DNA of 62,272 nt, filler included, from Choristocarpus tenellus KU-1152 (lineage: Eukaryota > Protista > Phaeophyceae), in NCBI GenBank assembly GCA_964200185.2. It is 8 parts of 8 records of this genome, joined end to end, with 100 filler letters (N's around TTAATTAATTAA, not from the genome) between each part and the next. Parts side by side here need not be neighbours in the genome. Positions count along the whole stretch, not along the records: positions 46,948 to 52,888 come from CAXNAD020009357.1; positions 52,989 to 58,504 come from CAXNAD020010550.1; positions 58,605 to 62,272 come from CAXNAD020018619.1; 5 more parts are not named here. One strand, written 5' to 3'. Below, one piece after another: positions 52,147-62,272 of the stretch; position 1 is the first letter of the stretch, and every line of letters begins with the position of its first letter. The notes under the pieces were generated by a model that saw only the letters and a program-made list of their open reading frames with translations, was not told the DNA's origin and did not search any database. Both the position numbers and the translations under genes were made by a program.

Positions 52147-52804
52147 GCACTAGTAGAACGAGGGATCCCAGACCCACCAGTAGTCGAAAAGGTAGTCCAA
52201 AGAAGGCAATAAAAAATTGTTGTGAAAGGGCAACGACCATGGGGACAAAACAAAACAGTGAAAGAAATATAAAGAAAAAAGAGAAGAATAGAACTCGAGG
52301 GAGAAAAACATTACAACCGAAAATACGTAGGAGGACTTAAGAGAAAGAAAATTGCCATAGGATGCAAAAGAAACCAGTCTAAAAAGAAAACGGCATCAGC
52401 AGACAGTGATGGTGGTGTTGGTGGCTTGGGCGACCTTATCTATCTGCTGCTTTGGCATGGTGTACATCAGGTATCGCAGCTTTCTTGGAATGCCAGTTGG
52501 CGAGGAAGCTCGTTGTGTCATAAGTCATACACTCATATCGCTCCTGTTGATTAGTTACCCTAGTGCTACAACCCTCAAACTGTCAAGGTCGTCTTGAAGG
52601 AATGTCCACCACTAGGTCTTGTCCTGTCCACCATGCTTCCATTTTCCAGTCGCAACCTCCCCAACATCAATAATGTCTGAGGAAGTCACACATCCTCTAC
52701 AAGTGAAACTGACCCAGCAAATAGGCGTCTCAACTTGCATACCATTGTCTCGATACTCTCACACCCAGTCTTCAGTATTTTGCAATATATTACAATACTA
52801 CTTC

Positions 52805-52846
<42 letters not shown>
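52805..52846. repeat. (GTA)n microsatellite
   Basis: About 14 perfect units. Confidence 0.95.
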
Positions 52847-52868
52847 ATGTTAATAGTAATAACAAGCA

Positions 52869-52888
52869 GGCTCAAAGTATCTGGGGGG
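52869..52888 (+). mobile_element. MITE family A terminus at contig end
   Basis: GGCTCAAAGTATCTGGGGGG, then the gap. Confidence 0.85.
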
Positions 52889-53359
52889 NNNNNNNNNNNN
52901 NNNNNNNNNNNNNNNNNNNNNNNNNNNNNNNNTTAATTAATTAANNNNNNNNNNNNNNNNNNNNNNNNNNNNNNNNNNNNNNNNNNNNGTTTGATCGAAA
53001 CGGACGCCCCCTCACAACCCTCCCCCCCCAGATATGTTGACCCTTCAATTGGGTGCATTTTTGTTTTGGGGAGTTTTTTTGTTGCTTGACATTTAGACTA
53101 TTGCTTTACCTTTTTCGTGATGCGAAACTTGCCTTACTGGAATGCTGATATACATAGGACTCGTAGGATGTGCTTTTGGTGGCTCGAGTCTATTTGGTTG
53201 GCAGTGCAAAACTTCCGAAGATAAATTGTGCTTGGAGCACTCTGAGTGTACTATGATCACTCATTCATGATTAAATTTCAGGTTCAGATTTGTCAACTTC
53301 GACGTTATTATTGTTGCAATCTTCGACCCTTTGTTCCACTATATATTCCTCCTGAAAAT

Positions 53360-54140
53360 TCTCATCTACTCCCTTCTCGGCAGCATCTATTGGTGTCGCA
53401 AACTCGTTCGTATCTTTCAGCTTGTGCGGAACATTCATCGAGCTGAATGTCTTCCTCCAATATCTTGTCCTCTGCTTTGATATATTTTGTCATCTCCCTC
53501 TGGGCATGGGCAACCAGGTTGGCACAGTCTGCTAGTTTCCATCCACCCTCAATCCGATCCAAGTTCGGGTCACCGTACCACTCCAGGTTAACTGATCTCT
53601 CACTTGGGCAATTGCTCTCCCCTTTGCATTCCGAAAGCTGACATACTGCATCTATCTAATGGTGCTAAAACATTCCTATAGGCTGGAACTTGGGCTTAAA
53701 AGGCGGTGATCAAATCATATCTCAGCCCTTTATCCACATGGACCGTCTCTGCCTGCTCATGGAGCTTGTCCGCGTAGTGGCTGCAGAAAAAAGTCTGCAT
53801 CATAGCATCAACCCCCTCGTTACTCAGGCTGTTTCCAAAACGAGAAGTACCCTTTGGAAAGGTCCTCACATTTGGAACTTCAAATTTGTGGTCTCTCCCC
53901 AACCATTGTGCGTGTGCGTAACAGGTCTGTGTTGTACCCCTTCGAGTTTGCCTCAGTGCAGTAACCTCTGAAGCTCGTATTTCCCATCTGCTGTGAAAAA
54001 GACAGAATTTTGTCGTTCACATTCCTCTGATATCGGCGCTTGCCAATAGATTGAGTGGATACCTATGGCATATGAATATTTTGAGCCTCCTGAGGGATTA
54101 CATATCAAATGTTTATTCTTGGTTCCTCTAAAGTCCATAA
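53360..54140 (-). pseudogene. Decayed, apparently intronless ORF of unknown function
   Basis: Protein-like reading continues across single stops and frameshifts: LICNPSGGSKYSYA...GKYELQRLLH*GKLEGYN...YDLITAF*AQVPAYRNVLAPL...WYGDPNLDRIEGGWKLADC. Confidence 0.4.
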
Positions 54141-56049
54141 TAAAAAGGAGGGGAACTATATCAGGTGTCGCAGCAATGGTAACAGCGGATGGGGGCGCAA
54201 AAATATGGCGGTATTAAATGATCAATGATCCTAATTCTGAAAGTATAAATATGTGTGTATCCATGGAAACACTGTAAGAAGGGAATTAATTAAACAAGAC
54301 AAATAATTTTATTCTCTACCAGTTGACCCATTCCTTCCTTCTTTAGTCAGTCACGAAAAATTGACAATCTATGCGAACACACTCAACGAACACCAACCAT
54401 AATAACAAAAAATAGAAAATACTGCCCTTTTACGTCTCTGCACAACAGTCAGATGACCACTTCGATCATTCTGCACTATATAATACGACCATATAAACAA
54501 TGCGTTGACCATACTACTTCTAGTAGGACGATAAAACAAAAACTCCTCTACTTCCCCAAGAAAGACCCAGAAGTAGTTTATAATGCGAATAAAGTGATTT
54601 TAATGCTTGGAAGATCAACGCGAGGTGACCGTACATGTGACCCGACTCGAACCCCATAAATAATGAACATGGAGGCACTGAACCTGGCATGGGTGCCCTT
54701 AATTCACTTTGCCTAGGATGAGTAGTTCCCGAACCACATCGTGATCAGGGGTCAAAGACGTAGCCAACTATTGGGTCATACACTGTAAAGAAAGGGGATT
54801 ATAAACCATACGCGGGAGAAAGACCTATCGTAAATATATGTATCGGCATTGCCTTCAAGGATACTCACCACTCAGTTATGTGTAGCTTAAAACCGCTGAA
54901 ATACCTGACAGAGAAGAGAACGAGTTTGATCTCCCTGTTATAAGAGTCACTAATCAAGCGACTGTAATCATAAGAGAAAGGCTCTTGTCCATTGAAGAGC
55001 CGAGGAAATTGATGTACTGCCCAACCGAATGCCCCCCTACAAGCAATTTCTCTGATAATTGTAATAACCCTCCTTACAGAACGGAAAGTGGGATGAATTC
55101 CTCTATACTGGTGAGTTGCCGAACCAATGAGTTGCTATCATCAGAGTCCACAGAAAGAGAAGGTATTTCTTTTTCATTTCCAAGTTGATGGAAGCAACAC
55201 TGATAAATGATTTAAGATCGTAACATGGCACACTCTGGGATGGAACTTGAGCTTACCGATCAAATGACTCAGGCTCAGGGGGTAGAAACGCAGCTCTTAT
55301 CTCGGGAACTATACACAGGTTGGTCCTACCTATGAGAAGCAAGCATATTTTTCAAAGCATTATATAAATGTTAACAAACGCACACACAACAAACAATTTT
55401 GAGTCCATTTTTTTTTTCTGTTTTTCCATGCACCTTGGATGGCAAGTGGTGTACCAGGTGATAGTAAGGGATGATGGGTTTTCCAATCACTCTTGACATT
55501 ATCTCTGCAACATTCCTAACGGATGACTTGATTATAGCAAAGCTATGGCGATACTGATGTTCATCCACGATCTGGGGGCATGTAGGAGACAAGCTGGTCC
55601 GCGGCATTTTTCTCTCAATGCTGATCACCACTAAAGCTTCATCTTTTTTCCCCCCCCGAGTTCATTCAATCATGATGCTTTCCTCTCAAAGGATTTGTCC
55701 GAAATGAAGTGCTGGCCTGACTACTTTTGTGTTCGTGTTGAATAGAATCCAAACTGGGGAGGGAGGTAATATGAGGGACAGGTCCCCTTTTCGGGATTTC
55801 GACACACTACTGGTGTGGACAATGTGTGCGGGTCACATGCACTTGCGCACGCCATCTTTTGGAATTGAGCCTACTCATCACATCAACAAACCAGAAAAAC
55901 AAAGACCTAGATCTATCTCAACAGAAAGAAAGACAGGTCAGAACGAACTTCCATTCCGACCCTGACTGATCCCGATTTCTGCTGTGGCATTGCACAGCAA
56001 TTCTGAAGATTTGTTCATCATCTGTTGTGCACTGAGATGACTATTCTGT

Positions 56050-57090
56050 TCTGGTTTACCTCAAATGAAGTCAGAACATCTGTGACTGAGGACTGGATCA
56101 ATGTTGTGATCGTGACAGCACTGTCCAGTGAGGACGGAATGGGACGACGAAATCTCAATGGAGACGACCAGCGGACCGTGTGAAAATAGACAATCACTCA
56201 ACATTATGTGAGGGTTCAGTGGGAGCGGTCTAAAACTGGAGTGAAGGCGTTGTCAGAGGCAGGTAAGGGGACGGCAGCAGATGCGCTAGGTATGCCTGAA
56301 GCCAGGACACACTGCCCAGCAGTGCAAGAGCTCCCAGGAAAAAAGAGCACAATTTAGTGGAAATCGTTTCCACTGTGGAAGGGGGGCACACCGAGATGAA
56401 GACTGTCTTGATGAAGCAAATAAACGTCAAGCAAAAAATGGTGTTGACAACATCAAGGAGGCCGGTGGGTGCTACATCTGTGAGGATCTAGGAGACACAA
56501 CAAAGAAATGCCCTCAATGTGGATGCAAGGCCGGTGATAAGGTAGATGGTCCCACCATAGTATCCTAGAGGGTAGGGAGGGTTTATCTCAGGTTGTCTGT
56601 TCGGGACTTGATGAGGTGTTGCAAAACACCCCAGTTTGGTGCCTGTTACGCAGGTGAATTTCCTTCGGATTTGGTCCAGGGCAAGAGGATGGAAAAGGAA
56701 GGTGCATCTAGATGAAGGAATTACCCTTGCGTCTATTATGTTTAATCAAATGATGACATGAACATCTCTACGGGTCACAATGGCCCCAAATGGGTACCTG
56801 ACCCCCATACTAGGATACTACGGTCTGAACCTCATTCCCTAGGTTTAGTCTTTGAGGCCTGTAGTGATAAGGGGGTAACGGCTACTACTTCTACAATGAC
56901 AATGGACACAGTTTCACAGGCTGCAAACCGTCACATGACGGGAGAGTGGCAAGAATGGGCTGTGGACTCTGCAGCAATGGAGCACCCAACCTTAGATCCA
57001 ACAGCATTGGTGAATCACAGGAGTGTGAATGCGGCCCCAATGGTGGAAATTGAAAATGGGTGTGCTGTACACTTGCAAAGGTTACCTCAA
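56050..57090 (+). mobile_element. Degenerate Copia gag-protease relic
   Basis: Eroded zinc knuckle CYICEDLGDTTKKCP (~56470-56515), then the Copia protease-like EWAVDSAAMEH.T.D...L.N......VEIENG. Confidence 0.7.
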
Positions 57091-58462
57091 GGTTAATCTC
57101 AAAGACCTACTTTGAGGCACTACTCAATTCAAGAATCGATTTTGGTACTTGAACCATATAGTTGAAGAGAGTACTCCTGGTACAGTACTCCTCTGAGGTA
57201 CAAAGTATCCAAGAGCAGACTGAACGCCCACATAGTACAATTCAAGAGAACATTATGAGGTACAGTACTTCAAGGTACACACTGTACTCTACATTAGATG
57301 AAGCGCTTGGTACATAGGAACTACTGAGCCTTCGCTTGAACTGAGAGCCGTACATCACAGGAAAAGGCTCAAGCTTTATAACGAATGACAGAGGTTTAAC
57401 TGGGAAGAGAAGCAACACTTAAATTAGCTGGCAAAATTTGTCAGCTGTTTCGTCTTCACCTCCTGCTCGCCTTCTTATCTCGATGGCCCAACTTCAGCTT
57501 GGGTGCCAAGTGAATGAGAGCAATATCACCGGGAAAATGGGCTGCCAGCTGAGAAGCCCACCTAAGTATCAACATTCCCTTGCATACGGATTGTTCCAAC
57601 AACATTTTCCAACAAATATTCTAGAGTAAAAGGCCGTGAGGCGGCCACAGAACTTTCCACGACAACTTCACTGCTACTACAGTACTGTATTCTCAACAAT
57701 TTAGTCCAAAGACATACACAGAAATGCACACAGCATCTGGTGATCAGAACTTGTCCAACTTGGTGACAATATACACCCTCACTGTCTGGTCAAGACAGCT
57801 CATGCAGCACAGTCCCTGCTTGTGTGGAGACCAGTCAAAGCTCACAATGGGTTGAGACGAGATTACCCTGGAGTTCAAGAGTTCTACCGAACCCAGGACT
57901 CCAATAGGGTGGTTGTCCTGAGGAGGGCAAGAGGAGCAAGGGAGGGTTTGGGAGCAGAGGACTGAGAAGGTTGTTCATTGCACATCATATTGCATACTAT
58001 GGGTTCAACTATTGAATGAGGTGATGGGGAACCCTGCCTGGAAAATGAATGCAAGACACTAGCAATACCCAGGTCTATAGTCACTGCACTTCACACCCAG
58101 TCTATCAACAGTGCAACTAGGGATATCCCCTCAGGGGCTTGCAGCATGAAATCGATTGCCTCTAAGAAGTACAAAGAGGGGCTGGTTGCTTACAGACCAG
58201 CAGCTAGGCACAAGATGTGCAAGAGAGCGCCAATGCCAACAGTGCACTTAGGAAACCTCAATCTGTGTATGCATGGTCTCATCTTTGTGGCGATGCCGTC
58301 TTGGCTTGAGGTGACAATAGGCCTACAAATGCATGCGTTGTCAATCATGACGACAGTACCCGTAAAAGGCTCAACCGCCAACTCTAAATTTGATACCAAG
58401 CTCTGGGCTGCTCTGGGCCTTGAAGCAAAAAGCACACAACTGCTAAGAAAAAAAAAGAGACT

Positions 58463-58504
58463 GAGCCAAAAAGTGTCTTAGAGGGTAGAACCGCATCCAT
58501 TAGG
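58463..58504 (-). mobile_element. MITE family B terminus at contig end
   Basis: GAGCCAAAAAGTGTCTTAGAGGGTAGAACCGCATCCATT. Confidence 0.8.
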
Positions 58505-59457
58505 NNNNNNNNNNNNNNNNNNNNNNNNNNNNNNNNNNNNNNNNNNNNTTAATTAATTAANNNNNNNNNNNNNNNNNNNNNNNNNNNNNNNNNNNNNNNN
58601 NNNNCATAGCATCGTTTTAAGGTCGTTGGATTTGAGTTGTACATCCTGGAAGGTGAGCATTGAGGGGCGCCTGTAACAGAATGTCTTGGACATTTATGAC
58701 AACTGTCACTTTTTTAGTTTTTTCTGACATGTGAATAGTTTTCGTTGGTTTTTCCCCTGACACATCTACAAAATTTTCATAATAATAATATGAAGAAAAC
58801 AATAGTTCACAGTTACCAGATTTGAGTTTTGACAAGAATTGGTGATTCGTCTCAGAAAGGGTCCTACAGTTAAGTTCTCAAATACAGACCAGGTACCATC
58901 AGTTCCAGCATCATAGCAGTAAGATCGCAATTAGTTCATTGATGTGATAACTACTTGTAAGGAACTGACTCCTCACCAATATACATCTATGATCGGCAGT
59001 TTGTGCACTTCTGGTTTACTACCGCTATGTTGCTATAACCATAGATCAAAATGAGAAAAGTATAGGTCTCAATATCAAAGATTTTTAGTTGAGGTCAATA
59101 TCAAGAAAAAAGCAAAGGCTAATCTCCTGTGGTTGCACTATAGGTCCTACTTTCACAACATCTCGTCAATCCTCAGGTAGTTTACCTGAGGCATACATAC
59201 CATAAGAAAGTACTTCGAAATTGGTGGGTCGACCTTCACATGTGGAGAGAGTGTGGGTCAGATTGATAACCATGGTCGGTATTATGAAATCAGATAGTGA
59301 TGGTGAACTTTTTGCCCTCTTATCCCTACGTTTCCCAACTAGTTACGCTCTTGGTTCCATCATTTTCTGCAGTACATCCTGTGGTTGGAAGCACCTCATT
59401 CCAGGGATCGGGAGACAAGTTTCCTCTTGGTCATTATCCTTGTCACTGTCGAGGGAT

Positions 59458-61045
59458 ATGGTACACTTCGCAAAAACACTAGCTGCCCAGGTCCACCCTC
59501 CATGGGAGAAGTTTTATCTAAACTACAAGGTGAGCATTTCCTCTAGAGTGGGCGTTGATATGATGTCAACTTGAAGATGGTTCTAAATGAAAACACTCGT
59601 TGTACTGCTCGCCCCCTGGTTAGCAGGGCATGTAAAATGTGGAGTTATACTGATCGTCCTGTACTCGAAGTGTAGGACGATGGTGGTTTTAGTGCTGGAA
59701 TTGAGATACTTCATGTTTGACCATTCCACACGGTGCCTCTGTTGCAAGTCGCCGTTTGATCACGCCACCGTATGCATATCACCCATCACTCACAACAAAA
59801 CAGCACCTCACATTGTCAGTTGCATCCACACGATCAGAGAGGAAATTTACTCTCTCTCTTTGGCAAACTCTTCTTTTTTCTCTCCGATCTTTTATGCAGC
59901 TATTCGCATTTGGTTTTCCCCTCTGTTGCACCCTCGAACAGGGCCTCAAAAAGAAGTTGAATATCGTCAAGGAGTCGTACGTGAACGACAACAACATACA
60001 CGTCTTTGCGAGTCCACGGACGCCGTCGTCTGTGATCTCCAGCACCAAGTCCCATTCCCAAAACCCCTTGACCAAACTCAGGCCGCAACCGAGTTTTAAT
60101 ACCGATCTTGTGGAGAAGGCTTTTCGACATGCATTAGACAATGAGGTGATTTGTATTTTTTTGATACAGAGATGAAATATACTCTACCTGGTTCATTGTG
60201 GTCGCTTACCTAATTAAGAGTTTTCACAGCTTAGCTTGCCCTGCCCTTTATGTTGCAACTTAAATGTTATTATGTGCCACTCATCCTGTGAATCCCTCTG
60301 CGTTATACTGCGGTTAATCCATGGAGCCCATGCTGCCACTCTTTGTCAGGTTGAGAAGGTTGTATTGTTTGTACTGAGGAAACAGGGTGAACTTGCTGCT
60401 GAGTTGTTGAAGGGAGAAATGCTGGAGGGCTCTGGAGTTGTTGAAGACAGGGAGGTCTACAATAATGTTGCAAGGGACCTAATCAAACTCTTCGCCTTTA
60501 TCCAGCTCAATGGTGAGTCATATCCTGGTTTTAGAGGGCAGTGCTGGCACCTACCTCGAACCACGGTGCATTGCTTTTACACCAGGGTATGGTGTGCATG
60601 CCTGTCCTCTGTCATGCAAATCCCAATTCGTGCGGCTACCCGTTCATTTCCGGACCTGGTAACATTGAGGCCTAGATGATGAACCTTTTGACAACGTTCT
60701 TCCCTCAGATGTAACACCAAAGTGAAAAGAAAAGTGAACCCGAGTAGTGCAGTTCTGGTTTTCTAGCCTTTGTGCACACGCAGATCTTTCCTCCTCTGAC
60801 TCTTTCTGTATTTTCTGTAAAGAATATACTTGATTGTGCCCTGCTTGCCTATACTCCTGTTGTATACCTGTGCTTTCAAGTACAGTTTCCGGACTTCGCA
60901 AGATCCTAAAGAAGCACGACAAGCAGATCCGGGGCAGGGGCATCAGCAAACACTACTTGTCCACCCGTTCAAAGTCAGAGTACTCCATCATGCAGCAGCT
61001 GTACCATGGCAAGGGCGTGAAGGCCCTCATCAGAAGTCTGGGGAA
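59458..61045 (+). CDS. SPX-domain protein, probably SPX-MFS (PHT5/VPT-like) vacuolar phosphate transporter; first four exons
   Basis: Exons 59458-59529, 59942-60145, 60350-60512, 60886-61045 (GT-AG, in phase): MVHFAKTL...PWEKFYLNYK-GLKKKL, LDNE-VEKVVLF, QLN-VSGLRKILKKHDK. The following YLSTR...YSIMQQLY resembles the SPX-MFS linker. Gene continues beyond the identified exons. Confidence 0.88.
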
Positions 61046-62208
61046 GTAAGTGCATGGTTTGGACAAGGTCGTCTACAGGGGTGGAAACTTAATTTTGTCT
61101 AGGTGACATGGAAGGGGAAGAAGTGGGAGGGGGGGATTGCAATAGTAAGCAGTGGCTGGTTGCCTACCTCTCTTTTTGACAACATGACCAGGGAGTTCTT
61201 GGGAGGGCAGGATGGCATCTTCTTTTGGGTAGCCCTGGGCGATTGTGGACCTCTGTACAAGGCATATATGTGTAGACAGAGCTGGCAAAATACTTTCTCG
61301 GTGAAGATTTTCGTCTATGAGCTTAGGAAGTGTCACAACAACGGATTTATTGTTGCTTCCTCAATTAAAATTCGTCTCTCTTCAATGAGCTAGCAATGCA
61401 ATCACAGCATACACACTCCCAAGAACAACAATGCACGATCCGCACCTAGAACATACAGAAATTGAGAGTGTGTATGCTGTGGACCATCTTGGGGACGTTT
61501 GTGGTGCAACTGCCATGGCAGCAGGCATTTTAGAGGTGGAATATTTTTGGAAGGCGTACATGCGTCTGTCCTTGGTGTGTTGTACTCGTGTTGCACTTGC
61601 ATGCAGTTTTTTTTTTTCTGGTTGGGCGAGACTACGGGGTCCTGTCTCTTTAATAACTGTTTTTGCAATTTCTTGTGTTGTCGATGAGATGTCGATCCTT
61701 TCGCCAAATTTTTGATAATGTGTTGGAAGGCGGAAAGCTTCCCGTTCTCGAGAATTGAATTATTGATATGCAAGACTTGGAGGTGTTACTGAAAGCAAAC
61801 GGCAGGGGATCAAAAATCGTGCAGCTATGCGATGAACACCTTTCCCCCCCCCCCTGGGCATTATTTCACACCTAGCAATAGTACTTCTGCTTGCTCTGTG
61901 CAAAAAAGGGGTTGACGCCTTTGACTCCTCCTTCTCCACCTTCCTCTCTCCAGCGATATTTATTTTGACTTGTGGGGCTGCGTAATTCTCCTGTTGAGTT
62001 TGCTGTGGGTGGATCACAGTGGCCTTGCTCACTGTGTGAACTGCTCCATCTATAGCAGTACCAGAGATCGTAGAAATGTGCTGTTTGAATTGTCTTGAAT
62101 GTGTGTATGATCCTGCCTCATTGCAGTTACAGAAATGGAAAGGATACTGGTAAGACCTTAGTCCAAGCCTGACCTCCCCGTGATTGTGTGTGATACGTTG
62201 GGATGCTA

Positions 62209-62233
62209 TCCCCCCCCCCCAGATACTTTGACC
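62209..62233. mobile_element. MITE family A isolated terminus
   Basis: C(12)AGATACTTTGACC. Confidence 0.7.
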
Positions 62234-62272
62234 CTAACCCCTGAGACTTATCCCGCAATTCTGGAATAATAG

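Noticed and set aside
57400-58440. Degenerate RT on the minus strand (RQGSPSP-like motif)
   Set aside because: A single weak motif; not enough to call.
2624-61045. Functional clustering of the GT47, hydin, KDM4-like and SPX genes
   Set aside because: Each lies on a different contig joined by artificial spacers.

Overview
Eukaryotic, intron-rich, repeat-rich draft genome sequence. The host is inferred to be a flagellate-stage stramenopile such as a brown alga or relative, from hydin, SPX-MFS and GT47 genes with GT-AG introns. The window is not contiguous: 8 contigs are joined by seven identical 100-nt spacers (N44-TTAATTAATTAA-N44). Host genes reconstructed by hand: a complete 6-exon exostosin/GT47 glycosyltransferase (2624-8757, -), ten in-frame exons of hydin (13750-~26115, -), the JmjN-encoding 5' end of a KDM4-type demethylase (36820-37400, -), the first four exons of an SPX-MFS-type phosphate transporter (59458-61045, +) and an atypical initiator-type tRNA-Met (27787-27858, -). 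The rest is mostly mobile DNA: Copia and RTE-LINE relics, an IS630/Tc1/mariner-like transposase pseudogene with a ~150-aa D-E spacer, and more than 20 copies of two related MITE families with shared termini and 3-bp target duplications of no fixed sequence. Most notable: the MITE system, a ~215-bp bacterial IS66 transposase fragment, a near-perfect ~385-bp inverted duplication enclosing a ~127-bp tandem array, and the non-canonical tRNA inside a contig of decayed intronless ORFs. No clearly novel, intact multi-gene system could be demonstrated. All protein assignments come from motif recognition, not database searches.
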